Positions 37,336 through 46,330 of a stretch of 64,000 bases of DNA are shown piece by piece. Source of the DNA: an uncultured Anaerolineales bacterium (GTDB lineage: Bacteria; Chloroflexota; Anaerolineae; 4572-78; NAK82); contig CAYTNQ010000004.1 of assembly GCA_964439175.1 (NCBI GenBank), positions 8,759 through 72,758 of the forward strand. Reading direction: 5' to 3'. How positions within the stretch are numbered: position 1 is the first letter of the stretch; the number at the start of each line of letters is the position of its first letter. The position numbers and the translations under genes are program-made. The notes below the pieces were generated by a model. It was not told where the DNA came from. It worked only from the letters and a program-made list of their open reading frames with translations, and did no database searches.

Positions 37336-38559
37336 TCAACTTGCTGCCACCCGTTGAAACATTGCTACCAACTCACGGGTGCCTTCGAGCAAGTTGAAGT
37401 TGGCGGCGATTACATCTCGGCTCCGGTGTCCCATGGCGGCACGAGTGGACTCGCCAGCGGCCCAAAGGGCTTGCAAGGCCTCAGCCAGAGCAACCGGATC
37501 CCGCGGAGGCACCAGCCGGCCAGTATCTGATCGTACCAGTTCACCGATGCCCACGATGTCGCTGGATACAACTGGCACTTCCATAGCCATAGCCTCGGCC
37601 AATACAACGGGCATACCGTCGCGATCCCCGTCCTCAGCAATGATGCAGGGTAACGCAAAGACATCACACCATGCCAGGAGTGACATCACCTCGCTATGGG
37701 GTAATGCTCCCAGCAAATGTACTCGCTCTTCCAGGCCGTAATGGGCAATGAGAGATTCCAGTTCTGATCTGAGAGGACCATCGCCGACGATACGGCACTC
37801 GAAATCAACACCCTGGGCCCGCAACAGATGGCAAGCTTCGATCAGGTAACGATGCCCTTTCTTCTCGACCAGACGGCCCACGGAAAGAAGACGCAACTCC
37901 CCATCGCTGGGGCGGGTCGGCGGCGGCGTAAAGCGAGACAAGTCTACCCAGGGATGAAGAATGTGAATCTTGCCGGGATCCAGGCCAGGATAAGTGTCAA
38001 GCAGGTAAGATTTGTTGTACTGGGAAACAGTGACAATGAAAGCAGCTTCGTGCAGCTTTTCACCCAAATCGGGCGGAGGCAAAAAAATATCGTTAGCGTG
38101 CATGGTGACGCTAAAAGGGATCTGCAGGAGAGTGGCAAATATACGAGCCACACTGGCACCTTCGGTGCCGAAATGCGCATGAAGATGATTCACTCCGCGA
38201 CAGCGCAGGTAATCGGCCCAGTAAGCAAATCGGGCAAAGGCGCGCCAACCGCGAAAAAATTGGCCGGCTTCGGTGAGTTGGCGAGCCCGTCGGTACCGTC
38301 GGGGGCCCTGGTAGGCCAGCAGGCGCAGATTGGCCAGCCCTACCTCGGTGACAGGTTTCCGCGTCTGACGCCAGGGGATGACGTATCTCAGCAACGACTC
38401 GGTCACCTGGTGTTGTACCGGTGACGGGGGAGGATCAAGCACCGGAACAATTTCGAAAGGTACCCCCAGGGTCCGCAACGTCGCCAGCTCGTTTAGCACA
38501 AAGGTCTGCGACAGCACTGGAAAGGATTTAAGGATGTAGCCAACTTTGAGCTCAGCCAT
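37336..38559 (-). CDS. GT4 family glycosyltransferase (WcaL-like)
   Basis: KVGYILKSFPVLSQTFVLNEL N-terminus and the DGMPVVLAEAMAMEVPVVSS E-x7-E region. Confidence 0.8.
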   Translation of the reverse strand: MAELKVGYILKSFPVLSQTFVLNELATLRTLGVPFEIVPVLDPPPSPVQHQVTESLLRYVIPWRQTRKPVTEVGLANLRLLAYQGPRRYRRARQLTEAGQFFRGWRAFARFAYWADYLRCRGVNHLHAHFGTEGASVARIFATLLQIPFSVTMHANDIFLPPPDLGEKLHEAAFIVTVSQYNKSYLLDTYPGLDPGKIHILHPWVDLSRFTPPPTRPSDGELRLLSVGRLVEKKGHRYLIEACHLLRAQGVDFECRIVGDGPLRSELESLIAHYGLEERVHLLGALPHSEVMSLLAWCDVFALPCIIAEDGDRDGMPVVLAEAMAMEVPVVSSDIVGIGELVRSDTGRLVPPRDPVALAEALQALWAAGESTRAAMGHRSRDVIAANFNLLEGTRELVAMFQRVAAS

Positions 38560-38594
38560 GGTCGCATCACTTGTTCAGTTTAATGTAACAAACA

Positions 38595-40412
38595 TCACGA
38601 ATCTATCCATAACCTATGAGCAATCTCAAACACAGTAAGAGCAGCTACAAGATCCTGCCAATTATCTTCTCCTGAGAAGTGCTGATCCAGGAGAGTTCTG
38701 ACAGTCTCCCAGCGAAGGTAGGTTCGAAATGCAGCGTTGGGATTGTATAAAATTTCGAAAAGAATAGACCGCATCTCACCACGACTCCATTGATAATAGA
38801 GATCCAGCTTGTGACTGGGAACACCCCCCCCGAACCATTGCCATACCCTCCGTTTGATCCTCCGATAGCGTTCTATCGTCTGGACTCTCCACGCCGGAAC
38901 TGATAGAGGAACGAGATTCTTTGCATATGGAATGTCCAAGAGCTCGGGATAAAGCCTCTTGATCAAGTCAACTTGTATTCTGTTGGTGATCCGCTCAGAT
39001 ATTGGAATGGTGGCAAGGGCCTCTATCCATTGATGGTCGAGATACGGAAAGTAAACCTCTCTGCTAGCACGAACTATCAAGGTTGCTTTATTGAGAAACT
39101 TACGACAACGCTCATGAAGATAAAGATATTCCAGCGCAGCCACAGGGGAATCCTTGGGATTATACTCCATAATGAGGGGATCCAGATGCTCCTCCGGGGC
39201 ACGAAGGCCAAGACGTAGAAACTCAGGTTTCCAGAGTTGTTCCAGATGTTGAGTAGTTTTGGACAATATCCAACGTTTTAAGAGCTTTGATACTGCGCTA
39301 AGATCACGAACATTGAGATCGGCTGGAAAAACCCAAAAACCACGGACGAATTCTCCTCCAACTCCAGAGACTTCTGCATCAAATGGGTATGGAGAGTAAA
39401 GGGTTTGGCAAGGATGGCTATGAAGAGTCGCCACTATCCCGCCTTGACGAAGTACCATAGGAACGAGCCACTCGCCTAGATTGTCCGGACTAAGTAGCTC
39501 AAAGATGTGTTTCACCTCAACTTGAGCAGCTATTTCCTTGGCTAACATTACATCTATGCTATCAGGTTGCCCGCCAGTATGGGTAACATAAGATAGTTCT
39601 TGGTTCGCAGCGGCAGCCAAAATACAGCGGGAGTCAAGTCCACCCGTCAGGCCAATACTACAAGTCAAGTCAGGGCGAATAGAACGCTTGACAGCTATTT
39701 TGAACACATCCTCCAGTTCATCTAACCGTCGTTCATCATATCTTCCATAAGGTTCCAAATGATCCAAATACCAATACCGATGGATGCGAACTTCGCCCCC
39801 CTCGTACGTAAGGAAACTGGCAGGCGGCAAGATGCGGACATCTTTGAGAAGCGTCCTCTCACCCAGGATGTACCCATAGCTTAGTAAATCGGCGAAACCC
39901 TCCACATCAATCTCTGGAGAAAATATGCCGGTTGCTGCAACCCGTGCCATCATTGATGAAAAGGCAAGGACACCATTCCGCAAGACGAAAAACAACGGGC
40001 GGTGACCTAGTCTGTCATTAGCCAAAACCAGACGGCCAACCCTGCCATCCCACCAGGCCACGTTGAAACTACCACTGATTTCGCACAAGCGTTCAGTCCC
40101 TGATTCGAGATATCGCTTGAGCAATAAAGTGGCCCCATTACCCTCAATTAGGCTTTCTTCATGGACACTTGCATCACGGTATATGACCCCGTCAAATACG
40201 CAAGATACCTTATTAATTGGATCTTCAGCAAAATACCCTACCTCGCCGACTCTGGCGGGGTGAAGTACTCCAAGGCCAGCATAGCCTTCTTTTGTCGTAT
40301 ACTGCTTCTTGATTACTGGCCAAGGGGATTGGATAGCTTCGAGCATTCTATTGAGCAAAGTAAGAGGATCAGAGATGCCCTTTTGTGCTGCAAACCCATA
40401 TACGCCGCTCAT
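38595..40412 (-). CDS. Asparagine synthase-family protein lacking the N-terminal catalytic Cys
   Basis: AsnB architecture: an Ntn-type N-domain and a PP-loop synthetase domain (IGLTGGLDSRCIL). The N-terminus is M-S-G-V instead of M-C-G-I; codon 2 is AGC at 40407-40409. Spot counts give about 38-47% GC. Confidence 0.7.
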   Translation of the reverse strand: MSGVYGFAAQKGISDPLTLLNRMLEAIQSPWPVIKKQYTTKEGYAGLGVLHPARVGEVGYFAEDPINKVSCVFDGVIYRDASVHEESLIEGNGATLLLKRYLESGTERLCEISGSFNVAWWDGRVGRLVLANDRLGHRPLFFVLRNGVLAFSSMMARVAATGIFSPEIDVEGFADLLSYGYILGERTLLKDVRILPPASFLTYEGGEVRIHRYWYLDHLEPYGRYDERRLDELEDVFKIAVKRSIRPDLTCSIGLTGGLDSRCILAAAANQELSYVTHTGGQPDSIDVMLAKEIAAQVEVKHIFELLSPDNLGEWLVPMVLRQGGIVATLHSHPCQTLYSPYPFDAEVSGVGGEFVRGFWVFPADLNVRDLSAVSKLLKRWILSKTTQHLEQLWKPEFLRLGLRAPEEHLDPLIMEYNPKDSPVAALEYLYLHERCRKFLNKATLIVRASREVYFPYLDHQWIEALATIPISERITNRIQVDLIKRLYPELLDIPYAKNLVPLSVPAWRVQTIERYRRIKRRVWQWFGGGVPSHKLDLYYQWSRGEMRSILFEILYNPNAAFRTYLRWETVRTLLDQHFSGEDNWQDLVAALTVFEIAHRLWIDS

Positions 40413-40503
40413 ATCCGGACTCTTGAGTAAGAAAGAATGCTGTGCAAATGGAGTTCGCGCCTATCACCCCAAACTTGGATTGAGTAGGTAATCAGAAGCA
40501 GTT

Positions 40504-42156
40504 TCATAGATACCCCAACCCTCTCAGATGTTCCTCTAACTTAGTGATTTCCTCCTCACTGAGATCCTGACTTCCACCAGACTCAAAATCAACTGCAGAC
40601 TGATGCCTTACTGGATTCTTTTCTCGAAATGCTGAAGACAGAACAGTCTCGGGTACTCTACCATCAAAATCCTCCGGAATGGGCACGCCGTACAAGTGTA
40701 ATACCAAGGCTGGCAAGTCCATAATGGACATACGATGGTCAGTGTGGCTACCAGTATTGAAGTCGGGCCCGGAGAGGACAAACAGTCCATCGCGCGCGTG
40801 GTCACCGAAGCGGTTGAGCCGATTGACGAAGCAGAACCAATCAGGATCATAGTCCACGATCAGATCGCAGGTTGAATCGTAAAAATCAGCAATCAAGTCG
40901 GGCGCTTGATTTAGTGCTGGCCCCTGGTAGAGTTCCTCACGCCGGTAGACCCGAGAAAAGACCGTATTTCCTATCACAGGGTCCTTAACAGTTAACAGAT
41001 CACGGATCAGAGCAGCCCGCAGTGATTCATATTCGCGTTCCAGGACTGCCCCTTTATCCAAACCTTGCTCCCCCAAATCGATGAAGATCGTTCCACTGTT
41101 GGCCTGAGTATAAACCCTGGTACGCATCCAATCCAGCCGCTGAGTGAATCGATATTCCAGCACTTGAGGCGCTGACCGATACATCGCCTGCCACAAGGGT
41201 CGTCGCAGCACCGATGGAATCACGGTTAGGATACTTTTGAGCAGATTACGCAACACCCGTTCGCCAGTACCGTTCATTCCTCGGGACTCAAGGTAGCGAG
41301 CCAGGACGAAATTGATTTCATAAGAGGGGATGTCCAACGACTTCTCCCCATAGACGGCATATCCGAACTGGGCTAGCCACTTGCCTAACAGGAAGGCACT
41401 TTTGATCCGTCGTGAGCCGTGGTCAGACATAATGATGAAATTGGCTTCAGGATAGAGATCGACAAAGCGGCCAATCTCAACGTCTATGTTTTCAAGATTC
41501 CGTTGAATGTGCTCAAAGTTGCTGGTAAGATGGTTAAGCCGATCCAGGGATGCGTAGTTAAGCGCGAATACGTCCACTTGGTATTCATCAATTAGCTCCA
41601 GAGCAATGTCAGTTTGGCGTCGCTCGTACTCCAGCCAGGCTGTCAGGAAGGCATCTTGACCTTGCTCGACGCTTTTCAGAGGCACATCCACCGTGTATGG
41701 GCCATGGCGGGTTTCGATCTGATCCAATATAGATTGGGGATAGGTATAGTCCCGAGCTGAGTCGGGCACGGGAATGCCCGCCACGAGAAAGCCATCAAGA
41801 GACCGGGGTGGATAGGTTAGCGGGATGTTAAAGAGTCCCACGCGCACGCCGGCCCAATTAAGGTAGTGCCAGAAGGAGGTACCCCCTCGTATGGCAGCAC
41901 TGACAGGCTGGAAACCGCTTTTCTCATCGTGTTGCACTAACCAACCAAACACGCCGTGCTTACCCGGATTGAGCCCGGTGATAAACGAAGAAAAAGCAAC
42001 AGGCGTCACGGGAGGCATGGTCGACTCCAGGATGCCTCGCGTGCCCCTCTCAATAAGACGTGAAAGATTCGGCATGCGACCCTGCTCTAACAGCGGGTCC
42101 AGGTACTCCCAGCAGCCACTATCAATACTCAGGATAAAGGTTTTCGTGTGGGTCAT
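40504..42156 (-). CDS. Alkaline-phosphatase superfamily protein (type I phosphodiesterase/nucleotide pyrophosphatase-like), cytoplasmic
   Basis: FILSIDSGCWEYL..MPNLSRL..STMPPVTPVAFSSFITGLNPGKHGVFGW carries the metal/nucleophile Thr region. MSDHGS is also present. No signal peptide. ATG 42156 forms an ATGA overlap with the wzt stop. Confidence 0.65.
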   Translation of the reverse strand: MTHTKTFILSIDSGCWEYLDPLLEQGRMPNLSRLIERGTRGILESTMPPVTPVAFSSFITGLNPGKHGVFGWLVQHDEKSGFQPVSAAIRGGTSFWHYLNWAGVRVGLFNIPLTYPPRSLDGFLVAGIPVPDSARDYTYPQSILDQIETRHGPYTVDVPLKSVEQGQDAFLTAWLEYERRQTDIALELIDEYQVDVFALNYASLDRLNHLTSNFEHIQRNLENIDVEIGRFVDLYPEANFIIMSDHGSRRIKSAFLLGKWLAQFGYAVYGEKSLDIPSYEINFVLARYLESRGMNGTGERVLRNLLKSILTVIPSVLRRPLWQAMYRSAPQVLEYRFTQRLDWMRTRVYTQANSGTIFIDLGEQGLDKGAVLEREYESLRAALIRDLLTVKDPVIGNTVFSRVYRREELYQGPALNQAPDLIADFYDSTCDLIVDYDPDWFCFVNRLNRFGDHARDGLFVLSGPDFNTGSHTDHRMSIMDLPALVLHLYGVPIPEDFDGRVPETVLSSAFREKNPVRHQSAVDFESGGSQDLSEEEITKLEEHLRGLGYL

Positions 42157-43421
42157 ATTTCTCCTCGTACCAGTTCGGGTAACGGCCCTTTTTCCATATC
42201 CCACTCGTGCTCCAAGTAAACGAACGCCCCTCCCTGGTCGAAGCGTGACCCAACGCTGAAAACCACGGCGCTATCGATCGCATCATAAGTGAAGGGTGAA
42301 AAGTGATCCCGCTTAACGCCGACGTTAATGTTGTACTCCCCATTTAACAAATTCAGACTCTTATAGTGCACCCGGGCAATACCAGCATCACCTGGCTTGA
42401 AGTCGCCCTGGACATTGAAGCGTGCACTGCTCGTGCCATGCAGAATCTGATACCCCTGGCGAATACGCGAGTAAAAAACGGGATTGCTGACCGGCGCATT
42501 GGCCCGGAAGTGAATCTCCAGCGTCATTGGCTCGGCAGTCAGAAACGAGAGGCGCTCCTTGCCGTCGCTATCGAGCAGGGAAATGCCAACGATCTCTATC
42601 TCCTGGTTCTCCCCTCTTCCATTGCTACCCACAGCGCCACCCTGGCCGCGCAAGGCTTCGGTGGCAAAGGCTGTATGATACAAGTCAAGGGCCTCTTGTG
42701 TATCTCCCTGGAAGACGACCTTGCCTTTGTGCAACAAGATGGCCCGGTCACACAGCTTTTGAATCTGCTCCTTACTATGAGAAACGATGACCATACATTT
42801 GCCAGCGGCTCTGAACTCCTTGATGCGCTGGATGCACTTGTCTTTGAACATGTGATCACCGACGGCCAGCACTTCGTCAATGAGCAAGATGTCGGGATCC
42901 ACATGGGCCGCTACCGAAAAACCAAGACGCACGTACATTCCTGATGAATACCGCTTAACTGGCATATCAATGAAGTCGGCTAATTCAGCGAATTCCACGA
43001 TGCTGTCGAATTTCCTGTCTATCTCGCGCCGGCTCAAATCCAGTATGGAGGCATTTAAATAGATATTCTCTCGGCCTGTCAAATCGGGGTGAAAGCCGGC
43101 ACCTAGCTCGATCAACGCCGAAACGCGGCCATTGACAGCAATGTGTCCACTGGTTGGTCGGGTGACACGGGAGAGCAATTTTAGGATTGTGGTCTTGCCA
43201 GCCCCATTAGGACCAATGATTCCCAGTGTCTCTCCGCGATCAGCCTCGAAACTGACCCCCCCTAAAGCCCACAGCAAATTCGCTTTGTCTGTATTGTTAC
43301 CTCGGAGCAGACTATTCAATGCCGAAGGGATCGCTTCCCGCAGACTACCGCGCCCGCGATCTATGCGATAAGCTTTACATACATCCTGAAATTCGATGGC
43401 AGCCATCAGCACCTCGACCAA
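42153..43421 (-). CDS. wzt: Polysaccharide ABC exporter ATPase with C-terminal glycan-binding-type domain
   Basis: Walker A GPNGAGKTT, signature YSSGMYVRL and Walker B LLIDEVLAVGD. A ~170-aa beta-rich C-terminal extension resembles the Wzt_C domain of O-antigen exporters. Confidence 0.85.
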   Translation of the reverse strand: MVEVLMAAIEFQDVCKAYRIDRGRGSLREAIPSALNSLLRGNNTDKANLLWALGGVSFEADRGETLGIIGPNGAGKTTILKLLSRVTRPTSGHIAVNGRVSALIELGAGFHPDLTGRENIYLNASILDLSRREIDRKFDSIVEFAELADFIDMPVKRYSSGMYVRLGFSVAAHVDPDILLIDEVLAVGDHMFKDKCIQRIKEFRAAGKCMVIVSHSKEQIQKLCDRAILLHKGKVVFQGDTQEALDLYHTAFATEALRGQGGAVGSNGRGENQEIEIVGISLLDSDGKERLSFLTAEPMTLEIHFRANAPVSNPVFYSRIRQGYQILHGTSSARFNVQGDFKPGDAGIARVHYKSLNLLNGEYNINVGVKRDHFSPFTYDAIDSAVVFSVGSRFDQGGAFVYLEHEWDMEKGPLPELVRGEI

Positions 43422-43424
43422 GTT

Positions 43425-44207
43425 CTAAATAATATCGGCAAACGCGGCCTCGGACCGCTTGAAATACCAATAAGCTATAATCAACAAGACAAGCGATACC
43501 AACCCTCCCAACACCAAATAGGGGAACGAAGGCCATTCTCCCAGCAAGATGATGCGGCGATAGGAATCGATAATCGAGGCCATCGGGTTTAGCATATACA
43601 CGGCAAGAAACCGGGGAGGGACCATGCTCAGCGGGTAGATGATGGGCGTGAGGTACATCCACAACTGAAGGCCCAACGGAACCACGAAGCGCACATCCCG
43701 GTAAAAGACATTCATTGCCGAAGCGAGCAGTACCACACTAACCGTGAAGACGATCTGGATCAAGAGCAACAGGGGAATACAAATCAGGCTGGCAGTCAAA
43801 GGTATCTGGTAGAAGATCATCATCCCCACGAAGATAAGCGAGGCAATAAAGAAATCCACCAGACTGGCTAAGACTGCCGAAAGAGGCAATATCTCGCGCG
43901 GGAAATAGATCTTGGTCACCAGGCTCATATTGCTGACCAGGCTGCTCACTCCGAAGGTGATGGAAGAGTTAAAGAAGGTCCAGGGCAGCAGGGCCGAATA
44001 GTAGAAGATAGGATAGGGAATACCATCTGTCGACACCCGGACAAAGCGCGAGAAGATGACAGCAAATATAAGAGTGGCCGATAGAGGTTGCAAAATCGCC
44101 CAGGCTGCCCCCATCAGAGATTGCTTGTAACGCACTTTGATATCGCGGACCACCCAACTGATGAGCAGCCCGCGATGAGCAGACAGTTCTTGTATATTTG
44201 CCAGCAT
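43425..44207 (-). CDS. wzm: ABC-2 type polysaccharide exporter permease
   Basis: LISWVVRDIKVRYKQSLMGAAWAILQP N-terminal signature and six TM helices. 260 aa. It lies directly upstream of wzt. Confidence 0.85.
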   Translation of the reverse strand: MLANIQELSAHRGLLISWVVRDIKVRYKQSLMGAAWAILQPLSATLIFAVIFSRFVRVSTDGIPYPIFYYSALLPWTFFNSSITFGVSSLVSNMSLVTKIYFPREILPLSAVLASLVDFFIASLIFVGMMIFYQIPLTASLICIPLLLLIQIVFTVSVVLLASAMNVFYRDVRFVVPLGLQLWMYLTPIIYPLSMVPPRFLAVYMLNPMASIIDSYRRIILLGEWPSFPYLVLGGLVSLVLLIIAYWYFKRSEAAFADII

Positions 44208-44208
44208 C

Positions 44209-46059
44209 TCAAACCTCAGCCCATTCTATTTCGCCCAAGCCATGGCTGCCGCCGTAGTCCATTACGAATTGGCGCAAGTCCTCCGTGCGGACCCACCACT
44301 GGCGACCTATCTTTATGGCCGAGATGCGTCCTGTCTCGCACCAGCGGGCGGCTGTGGCCTCTGCGACCCCCAGATACTCGGCCACATCGGCACAGGAGAG
44401 CATCCCGTCGTCGGATTGGGCATGTTGACCTCGACCAAACGGCAATCCAAAACGTCCCAGCCAGCCGAGCCCGCCACGGCTGTCAGGTGCCGCCCTCCCT
44501 GATTTGACCCGGCGGCTGTAAAGGTAATAACTACGGGGCAGGCTGACCCCATTGAACACGATACCCGCCAGGTTTGTCAGTCCCAGCGCTGCAAAGCGCC
44601 CGACGGCCTTTTGGGTAGCGCGACGACTGCTTTGATCCTGCCTCACCACCAGCAATGACGCATCTACCCGAGTCGCCAGGATAGCTGCATCAGGGTGTAA
44701 TAACATCGGTCCGCAGTCAAAGACTGCCAGCCTGGCCCGCTCCCGCAAGCATCCGATCAGGCGAGTCAGGTTGGGTGATCCCAAGAGCAAAGTGGGATCA
44801 ACCGGCACCTTGCCGGCCGGCAACACCCACAGATTAGCGATATCCACTGACTGCAATGCCCGGTCCAGTGTCTCATCAAAGGTTTCTTCTGAGGCAGTTA
44901 GCACATCAGCCAACCCAAACAGGTTGGGTAGGTCGAATAATTCGTGAACCGACGGCTTGCGCAAATCAGCATCAACCACAATTGTGGGAAATCCACCCGA
45001 GGCAGTAATGGCCGCCAGATTGACCGCGGTCAGGGTTTTACCTTCTCGCATCTCCGGGCTGCTAATAAGCAACGCGCGGATATCGTGGTCGCGCATCGAA
45101 AGAAAAAGGTTCGTCCGCATATTGCGGATAGCGTCGGCCTCAGGCGACCACAAATCTTTGCGCGTGACCAGCTTATCCGACGACGACAACCTGCCCAACG
45201 CCCCCAGGATGGGGACGCCCGCCACGGTTTGGGTACCTTTGGCATGCCACGTCAAGGTATCGGTGGCGAATTCCAAAAGCAGCACGGCACTCACCGACAA
45301 AGCCAGGCCTGCTAGCGCAGCAATCAAAACGTTCTTTTTCACGTTAGGCGCAATTGGCTTCGTCGAAATGGTCGCAGGCTCGACAATGGTGAGGGTGTTG
45401 ATAGACGAATCGGAGAGATAGCCCAATAAGCTAGTATAGTTAGCCTGATAGTCTGATTTTAACGTCTGAAGTTCGGCCAGGCGTGACTTGGCCTCAGCAA
45501 TGTCAGCGGCCGAGGTCATATTCAGCATCGAATCCTCAGCCTCTTTGATCTGGCGACTTGCCTCTTCGATCTTTGACTGCAATTCCTGAAGCTGGGCATA
45601 GATGAACTGTCGTGCAGACTGCTGCTCCCGCGCTTCAGTCGGGCTCTGCAAAATCAACTCCTGGGCCACGGCATCAGCCAATATCTGCGCCCGCTGCGGG
45701 TCGACGTCAAACACAGTAATCTCAAGAAGCTGAACGTCAGGCACAACCTTGGTGCTAATCATGCCTGCCAACTGGCCAGTGCTCATATCCAGCCCCAGCT
45801 TGTCGATTACTGCTTGCGTGATGGGTTTGCGCAGCACAAGCTGACCGTAAATCTCAGCCAGGGTCCGACTCAAGCCCAAGTCACGCAAATCGGGATTGGT
45901 GCTTTGAATGCTGGTACCCACCATCAGCGTGGTCCGCGAGGCATAGATGCGCGGCTGTCGCTCGCTGTACATGTAGCTGGCACCGGCCGCCAGGGCTACA
46001 CTGACCAAAACCAGCCACCACCAGCGCTTGACAATATCAAAATAACGTCCTAAATCCAT
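44209..46059 (-). CDS. Wzz-type chain-length determinant fused to BY-kinase and to a C-terminal excisionase-type HTH
   Basis: N-terminal Wzz block (YFDIVKRWWWLVLV..) is followed by a coiled-coil and a second TM. Walker A is SPEMREGKT, Walker A' VVDADLRKP, Walker B AVFDCGP. The Tyr cluster is SYYLYS. A Gly/Arg linker leads to MLSCADVAEYLGVAEATAARWCETGRISAIKIGRQWWVRTEDLRQFV. Confidence 0.8.
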   Translation of the reverse strand: MDLGRYFDIVKRWWWLVLVSVALAAGASYMYSERQPRIYASRTTLMVGTSIQSTNPDLRDLGLSRTLAEIYGQLVLRKPITQAVIDKLGLDMSTGQLAGMISTKVVPDVQLLEITVFDVDPQRAQILADAVAQELILQSPTEAREQQSARQFIYAQLQELQSKIEEASRQIKEAEDSMLNMTSAADIAEAKSRLAELQTLKSDYQANYTSLLGYLSDSSINTLTIVEPATISTKPIAPNVKKNVLIAALAGLALSVSAVLLLEFATDTLTWHAKGTQTVAGVPILGALGRLSSSDKLVTRKDLWSPEADAIRNMRTNLFLSMRDHDIRALLISSPEMREGKTLTAVNLAAITASGGFPTIVVDADLRKPSVHELFDLPNLFGLADVLTASEETFDETLDRALQSVDIANLWVLPAGKVPVDPTLLLGSPNLTRLIGCLRERARLAVFDCGPMLLHPDAAILATRVDASLLVVRQDQSSRRATQKAVGRFAALGLTNLAGIVFNGVSLPRSYYLYSRRVKSGRAAPDSRGGLGWLGRFGLPFGRGQHAQSDDGMLSCADVAEYLGVAEATAARWCETGRISAIKIGRQWWVRTEDLRQFVMDYGGSHGLGEIEWAEV

Positions 46060-46132
46060 TGGCTTCTGCCTCCCTCTCTAGTGGCCAACGAGGCTGAAAA
46101 TTGCCACGATGAAGGTCAAACTTATCGCCCCC

Positions 46133-46189
46133 AATCTAGCATATCTGCATAGGAACCCAATGTGAGAATAGTTAGAAAAAAGTTAGAAG
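46133..46189 (-). promoter_or_regulatory. Shared promoter/operator cassette, copy C
   Basis: The minus strand reads TCTAAC-TTTTT-TCTAAC-TAT-TCTCAC-A-TTGGGT-(16 nt)-TGC-TAGATT. It is 74 nt upstream of ATG 46059 and immediately downstream of a terminator hairpin. Confidence 0.6.
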
Positions 46190-46194
46190 TACAA

Positions 46195-46235
46195 TTTGAG
46201 AGCCTTTCACCCACGGATCGGGAAAGGCTCTCAAA
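46195..46235 (-). terminator. Hairpin terminator after the TolB-like gene
   Basis: Perfect 14-bp stem TTTGAGAGCCTTTC (46195-46208) / GAAAGGCTCTCAAA (46222-46235) with a 13-nt loop. The U/A runs are part of the stem. Confidence 0.55.
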
Positions 46236-46330
46236 TTAGCAATTGGCCGACTGACTCTGAACCAATCCCACGATTCACATCCACTAGAGGGCTACACACT
46301 TACCGTGTTGAGTGGAATTGGGATAAGCAC

